Assembly (NCBI GenBank): GCA_041577295.1
Contig: JBFGJG010000002.1
Location: 96,001-160,000, forward strand
DNA length: 64,000 nt
Direction: 5' to 3'
Source: Gemmatimonadales bacterium
GTDB taxonomy: Bacteria > Gemmatimonadota > Gemmatimonadetes > Gemmatimonadales > GWC2-71-9
This document shows positions 30,434 through 39,241 of this stretch, piece by piece. The stretch's first letter is position 1, and every line of letters starts with the position of its first letter. The notes beneath the pieces are model-generated. The model made no database searches. It was not told the origin of the DNA and worked only from the letters and a program-made list of their open reading frames with translations. The translations under genes and the position numbers were made by a program.

Positions 30434-31252
30434 CTAGTTGACTCTCGGATTCGGATATGCCGGAATCTTGACCAGACCGGGAACGCCAAACACGCGGGAC
30501 AGGCCGAATACGACCCCGATGTTCGCTGCGCCTCTTCCCCACTCGTCCAGGCGGGCAGTGACGCCGAGGTCTATCACCGAGACGTTGGTGATCTGAAGCC
30601 GGGTCCCAACCTCGAACCACACCCGCGCATCGCTACGATCCGTGGGCACCTCGAGATATAGATCTCCCAGGATGGACTTGCTGAAGAGACCGATGGGAAA
30701 ATCAAATCCCAAACCCGAGATCCAATACGCGCCGCCATCGATGTCCGAGGCGATTGCGTAGCCGCCATTCAGGTGAAGGCGCAGGCGGCTCAGACTCTTC
30801 GTTTGAATGGCGAGTAGCTCCAGCCCAACATCTTCCCGCCTCACGTCACCTATCCCCGGTGCCAATAGGGTCGTACGAAAGGCGACCGCCGGTGCCGAAC
30901 GACCCTCCTGATTCACGTTGAACAACAGGTGGGTGCTGAACTCTTCAACACCTCCCGACGCCGCCCCAGCCACACGCTCCCATGCAGGGTGAGCTTCGAC
31001 GCCAAACTGGAGGTTCCGCGCGATGCCAACCTTGAGCTCCAGCACCCCGGTGGCACCTCGACGGCCCCCCTCTGCCACAAGGAACTCGCTTCCCAGTTCC
31101 CACTCCCATTCCAGGAATTTCAGCGGATACGCGTCCTCGACCCGAATGGGCCGCCCGGCATCGACCGAGCGGAAATCCTCCTGAGCCAGCACCGAAACCT
31201 GAAACCCCGTAAGCATGACACCCACCGCCGTCAGCCGTAAGAGCATCGTCAT
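30434..31252 (-). CDS. Putative outer-membrane beta-barrel protein (MetA-pathway/phenol-degradation-like transporter)
   Basis: Signal peptide, N-terminal RP-x-x-VEDA and alternating amphipathic strands (LHLNGGY). Start 31252 abuts the upstream stop. Confidence 0.6.
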   Translation of the reverse strand: MTMLLRLTAVGVMLTGFQVSVLAQEDFRSVDAGRPIRVEDAYPLKFLEWEWELGSEFLVAEGGRRGATGVLELKVGIARNLQFGVEAHPAWERVAGAASGGVEEFSTHLLFNVNQEGRSAPAVAFRTTLLAPGIGDVRREDVGLELLAIQTKSLSRLRLHLNGGYAIASDIDGGAYWISGLGFDFPIGLFSKSILGDLYLEVPTDRSDARVWFEVGTRLQITNVSVIDLGVTARLDEWGRGAANIGVVFGLSRVFGVPGLVKIPAYPNPRVN

Positions 31253-31253
31253 C

Positions 31254-32312
31254 TCAGCGCCTTTCCTCATGCGGACGTTGGTGATCTCCATGCTCCATCG
31301 CAGGCATGGACGCGTCCGGGTGACCCTGAGGCAGCCAGCGGCCATCGGCTAACTGCGTCGGAACCGTCATTGCAGCCATCGGCATGTGTGCGTGCGCGGA
31401 CGCCGGAAGCGGCGGCGCGATCACCCATTCCTGATTCGCATACACCATTTGCCGCAGCATCCGGTCGATTTCACTTCCTTTGGCAGATCGTGAAATGCGC
31501 TCGTCCGCCATGATGTCGTTCACCACGTCATGCATCATGTGGAGGTTGTCGAAGATGTGAGCGGCAGCCGGAAACAACGCACCAAAGCGGGGGGCAACCT
31601 CGGCGGTGAGCGGCATGTACGTGGGAGGATCCGCGAGGACCGAATCCGTGAACACGCGGATCACTCGGTCGAGTTGGCGTCTGCGTAGAGTCGAGTCTGG
31701 CTCCAACAATGCTTCGTAGACAGCCGCGTGGTGCCAGTGATACGCCCACAGGATGCCGTTGATCTCTGGGTACTTCCGCGCGAACCGTTCCGCCCATGTG
31801 CCTCCGGCGAGCATGAACGCGTGCCCGTATCCGCGCGTGGAAAAGGCGGAGTGGGCGTTGGAGAGATAGTAGGCGATAGCTCGCTCACCAGCGGTCTTCT
31901 TGTCCAACACTCGGTCATCGGACAGAATGTCGTACAACTGCGAATGCAGCATGTGTGTCCAGTCCATCGCCGCACCCGTTCGGTACGCTACCTTGGCCCA
32001 GTTCGGCGCGATGATCTCTGCAGGCGGCTCGAACTTCGGCGGGTTGGCAACGTATTCGCGAATTTGCCTCGCAAGCGCCCTCATGGCGGCCGAGTCGTTG
32101 GGACCTCGCTGTAGTAAGACCTCGTAGACCCCGAAATGCGCAAAGTGCGCGGCGTAGAAACTCCTGGCCGCGTTCGGGTACTCTTGGTAGAACACAAAAT
32201 TGTAGGAGGCCGGCAGCCGGTACTGACCGTTACGTTGAACGATCTGGGCTTGGGCCGACACTGCAGCGCAGCACATTACACCCACCACGGTGCCCAGGGA
32301 AAATCTCCACAT
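31254..32312 (-). CDS. Exported His-rich protein with a two-fold internal repeat (putative metal-binding)
   Basis: Signal peptide (AQA), four HxxH motifs (HFAH, HMLH, HWHH, HMMH), and a His/Met-rich tail. Confidence 0.8.
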   Translation of the reverse strand: MWRFSLGTVVGVMCCAAVSAQAQIVQRNGQYRLPASYNFVFYQEYPNAARSFYAAHFAHFGVYEVLLQRGPNDSAAMRALARQIREYVANPPKFEPPAEIIAPNWAKVAYRTGAAMDWTHMLHSQLYDILSDDRVLDKKTAGERAIAYYLSNAHSAFSTRGYGHAFMLAGGTWAERFARKYPEINGILWAYHWHHAAVYEALLEPDSTLRRRQLDRVIRVFTDSVLADPPTYMPLTAEVAPRFGALFPAAAHIFDNLHMMHDVVNDIMADERISRSAKGSEIDRMLRQMVYANQEWVIAPPLPASAHAHMPMAAMTVPTQLADGRWLPQGHPDASMPAMEHGDHQRPHEERR

Positions 32313-32370
32313 TGTCGCAACGACTCCTTAACGAGACTAAGAGTTCAAATGCCTGTTGCGGAAACTCGTG

Positions 32371-32757
32371 TTAGGCGATGTCTCGGGGAGGTGGATTTGG
32401 AGGTGTGATCACCCTCGAGGTGGGACTCACCGTGAGAGATTGCGGTCGGGTGAGATGATCGGATGGTGTACCGCGCGATACGCTGATGCTAAGCAGTTGC
32501 CCCACGCCGCTACAGGACGGCGCGACCATGCAGTTGTCCAACCCACAGTGTGCACAGCCGCGCTCCTGCCCAGGAACCAAGCCGGCTGCGGCGGAGGCGG
32601 AATGGGTGTGTGCCAGCTGACGTTCCAGGTGGCACTCGCTCTCGGGCGCGGCCCGTCGATCGATCGACGCGGTGGCACCTTGAGAGGGGAACAGTAGCAC
32701 ACCCGCGAACAGAGCGGTGACCCGCTGGAGGCGCCGAATACGGCGTGAGGAACGCAT
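32371..32757 (-). CDS. CutF/CruR (DUF2946)-like leader protein
   Basis: Basic N-terminus plus hydrophobic signal, CAHCGLDNC...C, and C-terminal PPNPPPR. Sits 58 nt upstream of the His-rich gene. Confidence 0.6.
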   Translation of the reverse strand: MRSSRRIRRLQRVTALFAGVLLFPSQGATASIDRRAAPESECHLERQLAHTHSASAAAGLVPGQERGCAHCGLDNCMVAPSCSGVGQLLSISVSRGTPSDHLTRPQSLTVSPTSRVITPPNPPPRDIA

Positions 32758-32799
32758 GACAAGCAGAAGATTACGCCGATCGAGGTGGCCGCGGTAGGT

Positions 32800-32852
32800 C
32801 CCCTCCTATCCCTCTATCCCTTCTATCCCCTCTTGGAGAGGGGATAGAAGGG
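32800..32852. repeat. CCCTCTATC-type tandem repeat with a perfect 16-bp hairpin downstream of glnA
   Basis: CCCTTCTATCCCCTCT-TGG-AGAGGGGATAGAAGGG at 32818-32852, preceded by two more imperfect units. The same unit occurs twice at 14371-14388. Confidence 0.7.
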
Positions 32853-32863
32853 GCGGGGCTGAA

Positions 32864-34342
32864 TCACACGTCGTAGTACAGGAAAAACTCGTAGGGATGA
32901 GGACGGAGCGCCATCGGACCACACTCCTTGTGGCGCTTGTACTGCAGCCAGGTCTCAATGACATCTCTGGTAAACACGCCCCCTTCCATCAGAAAGTCGT
33001 GATCGCTCCCAAGGGCATCGAGTGCTTCGTTCAACGATCCCGGGGTATTCTTGACCAGCATGCGGTCCGCCGGATCGAGCTCGTAAAGGTCTTTGTCGAT
33101 AGGGGCCGGCGGCTCGATGCGATTGCGGATCCCATCGAGTCCGGCCATCAACAAGGCTGCAAAGGCCAGATAGGGATTGCAGGATGGGTCCGGTGCGCGA
33201 AACTCGATCCGCTTCGACTTTGCCGAGTCGCTGTAAACGGGGATGCGGCAGATGGCACTGCGGTTCCGTTTTGAGTACACGAGATTGATAGGGGCTTCGT
33301 ACCCAGGAACCAGCCGACGATATGAGTTCGTCGTGGGCGCTACCAGCGCCAGCAGCGCAGGCGCGTGCCGCAACAGCCCCCCGATGTAGAACCTCGCGGT
33401 CTCCGAGATCAATCCGTAGCCGTCTGCTGCATAAAAGAGGTTCTGCTCGTCCTTCCACAAGCTCTGGTGCACATGCATCCCCGATCCGTTATCTCCAAAC
33501 AGCGGCTTTGGCATGAACGTGGCCGTGTAGCCATGCGCGTTGCAGACGTTCTTGACGATGTACTTGTACATCATCACCTGGTCCGCCATTCGCACCAACG
33601 TGTTAAATCGCATGTCGATCTCGGCCTGACCCGCCGTACCAACCTCGTGGTGCTGCACTTCCACCTCGACGCCAGAGTCCTCGAGTGCCAGCATGATCCG
33701 TGACCGCAGATCTTGCATCTTGTCCAACGGGGGAACCGGGAAGTACCCCTCCTTGTGTCGCGGACGGTGAGCGAGGTTCGGCTGCCCGCCGTCGCGACCG
33801 GAATTCCAGATGCCTTCCTCCGCATCGATGTGGTAGTAGCCTTCGTGGGCGTTTTGGTCGAACCTGACCGAGTTGAACGCGTAGAACTCCGCCTCCGGAC
33901 CCCAGTAAGACGTCGTTGCGATCCCGGACTTCACGAGATAATCCTCGGCCTTGCGCGCGATGAACCGTGGATCACGACTGTACTGCCTTCCCGTGGTGGG
34001 GTCGACGATGTCGCACACCAGAACGAGCGTCGGGACTTCCAAGCAGGGATCCACAAATGCGGAGGAGGGATCCGGCATGAGCAGCATGTCGCTTTCGTGG
34101 ATCGCCTGAAACCCGCGAACGCTCGAGCCGTCGAAGCCGAGGCCCTCCGCAAACAGATCTTCTGTGAGTGCCCGCGCCGGGATGGAGAAGTGCTGCCACT
34201 GACCGGGAAGGTCGCAAAAACGCACATCAACCACTTTGACGCCGCTCTCCCTCGCCTTACTGACCACGTCGGCGGCGGAAGACGACGGGGTCGGGTCCAG
34301 TTTGAGGCCATCCGATGCTTTCGGCGGCATTGTCGCGGTCAT
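32864..34342 (-). CDS. glnA: Glutamine synthetase type I
   Basis: FDGSS, HHEV, FMPKP...NGSGMHVHQS, RIEFR and DKDLY motifs. Start at 34342 with AAGGAG RBS. Confidence 0.97.
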   Translation of the reverse strand: MTATMPPKASDGLKLDPTPSSSAADVVSKARESGVKVVDVRFCDLPGQWQHFSIPARALTEDLFAEGLGFDGSSVRGFQAIHESDMLLMPDPSSAFVDPCLEVPTLVLVCDIVDPTTGRQYSRDPRFIARKAEDYLVKSGIATTSYWGPEAEFYAFNSVRFDQNAHEGYYHIDAEEGIWNSGRDGGQPNLAHRPRHKEGYFPVPPLDKMQDLRSRIMLALEDSGVEVEVQHHEVGTAGQAEIDMRFNTLVRMADQVMMYKYIVKNVCNAHGYTATFMPKPLFGDNGSGMHVHQSLWKDEQNLFYAADGYGLISETARFYIGGLLRHAPALLALVAPTTNSYRRLVPGYEAPINLVYSKRNRSAICRIPVYSDSAKSKRIEFRAPDPSCNPYLAFAALLMAGLDGIRNRIEPPAPIDKDLYELDPADRMLVKNTPGSLNEALDALGSDHDFLMEGGVFTRDVIETWLQYKRHKECGPMALRPHPYEFFLYYDV

Positions 34343-34464
34343 GAGCGGTCTCCTTGCTCTGTAAAGACGCCGGGCCGACCCAGCAGAGTGGGGCGACCCG
34401 GCGGTCGGTCCATAGGTGTCCAGCAACGCACGGCTGAAGCTATTGGTCGCCTGTCATGGTGTCA

Positions 34465-34480
34465 AGCATATTCTGCGCCA
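34465..34480 (-). promoter_or_regulatory. Sigma54 (-24/-12) promoter of glnA
   Basis: Minus strand TGGCGCAGAATATGCT matches TGGCAC-N5-TTGCW with exact GG-N10-GC spacing. An AT-rich tract lies upstream. Confidence 0.75.
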
Positions 34481-34795
34481 GATGCGTATTATGAGATACA
34501 CTAGGACATAATTGTGCGATTTGATGCGATTGTGTAGGATAGTTTGTGGATATTATGCAGTATTTTGGAAACAGTTGACGTACGACAGCCACGGGGGTGG
34601 CTGTCCACGGCTGCTCATCTCTGTCAGCTAATTGGGCTTGCGGGGTCGAGACGCGCGGCTTACGGTGGCCGGCGAGCTCCGCTCAGTCCGAGACGGAGCC
34701 CGCGTCGTCATGGGCCGGGGGGTCTTGGAAGTGCGCGGAGACGCACCCGAGGAGGACAGCTTTGGCCATGTCTCGAGGGAACCGGCGTCCGCTGA

Positions 34796-35566
34796 TTAGC
34801 GAAACTCCACGACCACCGGGGCATGATCCGAGGGCTTTTTTCCCTTGCGCTCATTGCGATCCACGAACGCCTGTGCGCACCGGTCGGCCAAGCGCTTGGT
34901 AGCGAGTACGTGGTCCAGGCGGAGGCCGTTCCCCTTGGGAAACGCCAGCATACGATAGTCCCACCATGAATAAGGTCCTGGCCCCTCGTGGTGGAGTCGC
35001 ATAGTGTCGACGAGCCCCCACGCCAGAAGGTTTCGCATGGCCTCCCTACCCTCTTCGTGGCACAACACGGTATCTCGCCACTCGTCGGGTCTGGCTACAT
35101 CACGATCTTCCGGCGCGACGTTGAGGTCGCCGCAGACTAGTAGCGGTGTATCGGGGTCGTAGCGCCGATCGAGGTAGCTGATGAGGCGGCGAAACCACTC
35201 CAACTTGTAGATCCACTTGTCGGTGCCCACTGCTGTACCGAGGGGGACGTAGGCTGAGACAATGCGCGTCGTATCCACGGTAGCCGCAATGCAGCGTGCC
35301 TCGTCGTCGTCCAGCCCATCGTCAAAGCCGCATTCGATATCTCCCGGCTCAGTCGTCCGACTCAGAATCGCCACGCCGTTGTACGTCTTCTGCCCGTAGA
35401 TCGCGGCACGGTAGCCGGCCGACTCGATCCGATCGATCGGAAACTGATCATCGGCGACTTTCGTCTCCTGCAAGCACACCACGTCCGGCGTGGTGCGCTC
35501 CAACCAGGACACGAGCCTGTCGAGGCGGGCCCGGATCGAATTGATGTTCCACGTGGCCACTCTCAT
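34796..35566 (-). CDS. xth: Exodeoxyribonuclease III
   Basis: ATWNINS, LQETK, YNGVA, GDLNVAP, RLDH and SDHAP motifs. Confidence 0.95.
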   Translation of the reverse strand: MRVATWNINSIRARLDRLVSWLERTTPDVVCLQETKVADDQFPIDRIESAGYRAAIYGQKTYNGVAILSRTTEPGDIECGFDDGLDDDEARCIAATVDTTRIVSAYVPLGTAVGTDKWIYKLEWFRRLISYLDRRYDPDTPLLVCGDLNVAPEDRDVARPDEWRDTVLCHEEGREAMRNLLAWGLVDTMRLHHEGPGPYSWWDYRMLAFPKGNGLRLDHVLATKRLADRCAQAFVDRNERKGKKPSDHAPVVVEFR

Positions 35567-35742
35567 CGTGAGACCGCATTCCAGCGAGGCAACGCCCTCA
35601 TCTGCTCGCACTCACCGCAGCCGCAACACCGACCTCTGTGTTATCTGCTAACAGCTTGTTGTACAATTGGTTAGTATCGACCATGTGAAACGTTGTTTTA
35701 CCTAATAAATAAATTAGCGAAAGCGAAAACCGCCCCCGTTGA

Positions 35743-36651
35743 TTGCCGGGAGATGCGCCCTCGATCCATGGCAAAGCCGCCGGCGGCTCGTCAGGACGCC
35801 GGCCACCGCATAAGATACGCGTCACCCATGTCGTTTCGGAGGGATCCATCGAGTCACAGCAGCCGTTGACCGGAAGGCGAGCCATCGTGTGTGGGAGCAC
35901 CCGTGGAATCGGTCGCGCTTGTGCGTTCGAGCTGGCCAGGCTGGGTGCACACGTCACGCTGCTTGCGCGGGATGCCCAGGCACTACTGCGAACCCGGGAC
36001 GATCTGTCCAAGGCTTCGTGGCCCACACCCGAGCACGATTGCCTCGTTGCCGACTTCACGGATCCGCATCAGGTGAGTCGCCTAGTGCGGGAGTACCTCG
36101 AACGATCGGGTACCGCGGCGCACATTTTGGTCAACAACACCGGTGGCCCGCCCTCCGGCACCATCCTCGACGCCCATCACGACCAATTCGTTGCAGCGTT
36201 TGCCAGCCACCTGCTGTGCAACCATCTGCTGGCGCAGGCGGTGATCCCTGGCATGAAACGGGCTGGGTACGGGCGCATCATCAACATCGTGTCGACGTCA
36301 GTGAAGCAGCCCATTGCCGGCCTCGGGGTCTCGAACACGGTTCGCGGCGCCGTTGCGAGCTGGGCCAAGACGCTTGCGAGCGAGGTGGCGCGAAGCGGCA
36401 TAACGGTGAACAACGTGTTGCCCGGTGCCACACGAACAGACCGGCTGCTCTCGATCATCGAGCACCGCGCCAAGTCCCTTGGCGTGACTGCGCAGGAGGT
36501 CGAGCACACCATGAAAAGCGAGATCCCCGCGCGGCGCTTTGCCGAGCCGGAGGAGATTGCTGCGGCGGTTGGCTTCCTCGCTTCGCCAGCAGCCTCGTAC
36601 ATTACTGGCGTGAGTCTGGCGGTCGACGGCGGACGCACCAACTGTCTCTAG
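35743..36651 (+). CDS. SDR oxidoreductase (atypical active site), linked to kynurenine catabolism
   Basis: GSTRGIG, NNTGGP and SNTVR in place of YxxxK. The true start is probably downstream, near 35848-35866. Confidence 0.85.
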   Translation: MPGDAPSIHGKAAGGSSGRRPPHKIRVTHVVSEGSIESQQPLTGRRAIVCGSTRGIGRACAFELARLGAHVTLLARDAQALLRTRDDLSKASWPTPEHDCLVADFTDPHQVSRLVREYLERSGTAAHILVNNTGGPPSGTILDAHHDQFVAAFASHLLCNHLLAQAVIPGMKRAGYGRIINIVSTSVKQPIAGLGVSNTVRGAVASWAKTLASEVARSGITVNNVLPGATRTDRLLSIIEHRAKSLGVTAQEVEHTMKSEIPARRFAEPEEIAAAVGFLASPAASYITGVSLAVDGGRTNCL

Positions 36652-36727
36652 GATTGTCGTCGTCGCTGCCACCACGCGTAGCCGCACCGGTCACCGATGG
36701 TCCGATGGAGATCAGGAGATAGCCGTC

Positions 36728-38197
36728 ATGCTGGACATCCAGAACTACATCGGTGGCGAGTTAATCCCGCCTCAATCAAAGGCGTATCTCGACAACGTGG
36801 AGCCGGCGACGGGGCAGATCTACTCCCGTATCCCCGCGAGCGATGCCAGAGATGTCGAGCGTGCCGTGCAGGCAGCGGAAGACGCGTTTGCCGGCTGGTC
36901 GCGCGCGCCGGTGGAGGAGCGATCACGCATCCTGTTGCGCCTCGCGGACCAAATCGAGTGCCGGCTCGACGAGTTCGCCCACGCCGAGTCGGTCGACACG
37001 GGGAAACCGCTGTCCCTCGCTCGGTCAGTCGACATCCCCAGAGCGGTGAAGAACTTTCGGTTCTTCGCGACCGCCATCATGCACTTTCGGTCCGAGGCGC
37101 ACGCCACCGACTACGCCGCGCTCAACTATACACTGCGACGTCCGCGCGGCGTCGCGGGGCTCATCTCGCCGTGGAACCTCCCTCTCTACCTCCTGTCGTG
37201 GAAGGTCGCGCCGGCAATCGCCGTCGGAAATACGGCCGTGGCAAAACCGTCGGAACTCACCCCGATGACGGCTTTTAAGTTGAGCGAGTTGGCCATCGAC
37301 GCAGGCTTACCACCCGGTGTCCTGAACATTGTTCATGGCACGGGACCCGATGTCGGGGAACCCATCGTACTCCACGAGCACGTGGCGACGATCTCGTTCA
37401 CTGGAGGGACCGCCACTGGCTCGCGCATTGCATCGAAGGCGGCGCCAATGTTCAAGAAGCTGGCACTGGAGCTCGGTGGGAAGAACCCCAACATCGTGTT
37501 TGCCGACGCTGACCTGGATGAAGCGTTGGAGGGAAGCCTCCGGGCCGCGTTCGCGAATCAGGGTCAGGTCTGTCTCTGTGGATCTCGCGTGTTTGTGGAG
37601 CGCCCGGTCTTCGAGACATTCCTCGAGCGATTTGTCGCCGGAGCACGTGCGTTGAAGATCGGCGATCCGCTCGATGAACACACGCAGCAGGGCGCGGTCG
37701 TGTCACGCGCGCACTTCGAAAAAGTGATGCACTACGTCGAACTCGCGCGCGAAGAAGGTGGTGAGATCCAGTGTGGCGGCGGCGCGCCGACAGATCTCCC
37801 CGAGCGATGCAAAGACGGTTTCTTCGTTGAGCCAACCGTGGTGACGAACCTTGGCGTCAACTGCCGTACCAACCAGGAGGAAGTATTTGGCCCATTCGTC
37901 ACCGTGATGCCGTTCGAGTCCGAGACACAAGTAGTGGAATACGCCAACGCGACTCCCTACGGTCTCTCGGCATCTCTCTGGACGCAAAACCTTTCACGGG
38001 CTCATCGCGTGGCTGAAGGTCTACAAAGCGGCACGGTCTGGGTGAACTGCTGGCTCCTGCGGGATCTGCGTGTGCCCTTCGGTGGCATGAAGCAGAGTGG
38101 GGTGGGCCGCGAGGGAGGCGAGGAGGCGCTCCGGTTCTTCACCGAGCCAAAAAACGTCTGTGTGCAGGTCCCAGGGTTGGGTGGGCCGTCGCGGTGA
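36728..38197 (+). CDS. 2-aminomuconate semialdehyde dehydrogenase (ALDH8/NbaE-like)
   Basis: PWNLPL, FTGGT, LELGGKN, NQGQVCLCGSR and W-x-x-RDLRVPFGG motifs, plus pathway context. Confidence 0.88.
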   Translation: MLDIQNYIGGELIPPQSKAYLDNVEPATGQIYSRIPASDARDVERAVQAAEDAFAGWSRAPVEERSRILLRLADQIECRLDEFAHAESVDTGKPLSLARSVDIPRAVKNFRFFATAIMHFRSEAHATDYAALNYTLRRPRGVAGLISPWNLPLYLLSWKVAPAIAVGNTAVAKPSELTPMTAFKLSELAIDAGLPPGVLNIVHGTGPDVGEPIVLHEHVATISFTGGTATGSRIASKAAPMFKKLALELGGKNPNIVFADADLDEALEGSLRAAFANQGQVCLCGSRVFVERPVFETFLERFVAGARALKIGDPLDEHTQQGAVVSRAHFEKVMHYVELAREEGGEIQCGGGAPTDLPERCKDGFFVEPTVVTNLGVNCRTNQEEVFGPFVTVMPFESETQVVEYANATPYGLSASLWTQNLSRAHRVAEGLQSGTVWVNCWLLRDLRVPFGGMKQSGVGREGGEEALRFFTEPKNVCVQVPGLGGPSR

Positions 38198-38616
38198 ACC
38201 GGCCACCGGCTGACACGACGAGTACACGCGCTCCGGAACCCGTGGGAGCGTTTCCCCATGCTCGGCGGGTCGGCAACTTCCTTTTCCTGTCGGGGATGGG
38301 CCCACGAAAGCGTGGTCACACGGATATTCCGGGTGTGACGTTGAGCGCCGCGGGAGAGGTGGTGTCCTACGACATCGAAATACAATGCCACGCGGTATTC
38401 GAGAACATCCGAATGGTGCTCGAGGATGCCGGTTCAAGCTGGGAGCGGATTGTTGACGTGACGGTGTTCCTCACCGACATGCAAAGAGACTTTGCGACGT
38501 TCAATCGGCTCTACGCTGAGTACTTTGTCACCAACCGTCCCACACGCACCACGGTGGAAGTAGGCCGGCTTCCCACACCGATCGCCATCGAGCTGAAAGT
38601 GATTGCGACGGTCTGA
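38194..38616 (+). CDS. RidA-family 2-aminomuconate deaminase (NbaF/AmnD-like)
   Basis: PVGAFPH and PTRTTVEV...LPTPIAIELK motifs. Coupled to the dehydrogenase gene. Confidence 0.82.
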   Translation: MNRPPADTTSTRAPEPVGAFPHARRVGNFLFLSGMGPRKRGHTDIPGVTLSAAGEVVSYDIEIQCHAVFENIRMVLEDAGSSWERIVDVTVFLTDMQRDFATFNRLYAEYFVTNRPTRTTVEVGRLPTPIAIELKVIATV

Positions 38617-38620
38617 GAAA

Positions 38621-39238
38621 TCAGAGCGTGCGCAGCACCGCCCTCACGGGACTGGCATCGAATCCCACCAGTCGAAGCGGCAGCGCGATGAGCTCATAGA
38701 GACCCTCAGGAACGTTGTGCAGCACGAGACCCTCGAGAATCGTGATGTCGTATTTCACGCACGCCTTGTGTGCTCGTAGATCCTTGGACGTGCTCGGATC
38801 CACGCTCGGCGTGTCGATCCCGACTAGGGTGACCTCTAGCCGGTTGAGATGCGCAATGGCGTCTGGCGTGAAAGCGGCGAAATCGTCGTTCCAGTCAGTT
38901 GGATCGGGAAAGGTGCCGGTGGCAATCAACACGCGAGGCGCTCGCACCCGTTCGCCAATCAACTCAGGTGTGATCAACTTCCCGCGCGGGACGCTCACCC
39001 GGATCACCTGGCACGGTCCCAGGTAACGCTGCAGATCGACCTCGTCCACCGATGGTGCCGCTGCACTGATGTGGCTCGGCGCATCCGTGTGTGCTCCAAT
39101 GTGGACGGTCGAGTGCACGCTCGAAAGCGTCAGGTGATCACCTGCCGCCAACTCCAGCAGCACTTCTCGAGACAACGGGGTATCGCCTGGAAAGACGCTG
39201 CTATTCGCCGAAACGGGTGGAGAGATATCGTACAACAT
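38621..39238 (-). CDS. kynB: Kynurenine formamidase (cyclase family)
   Basis: H-x-GAHTDAP, GIDTPSVD, ILEGL and DASPVRA motifs. Confidence 0.92.
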   Translation of the reverse strand: MLYDISPPVSANSSVFPGDTPLSREVLLELAAGDHLTLSSVHSTVHIGAHTDAPSHISAAAPSVDEVDLQRYLGPCQVIRVSVPRGKLITPELIGERVRAPRVLIATGTFPDPTDWNDDFAAFTPDAIAHLNRLEVTLVGIDTPSVDPSTSKDLRAHKACVKYDITILEGLVLHNVPEGLYELIALPLRLVGFDASPVRAVLRTL

Positions 39239-39241
39239 GGG

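Noticed and set aside
34343..34460. Glutamine riboswitch in the glnA leader
   Set aside because: Only a single hairpin is visible, and I cannot match the multi-stem glnA-motif consensus by eye. An Rfam scan would be needed.
34500..34575. NtrC binding sites upstream of glnA
   Set aside because: Only partial TGCA/GCAC half-sites in an AT-rich tract, with no convincing TGCAC-N7-GTGCA palindrome.
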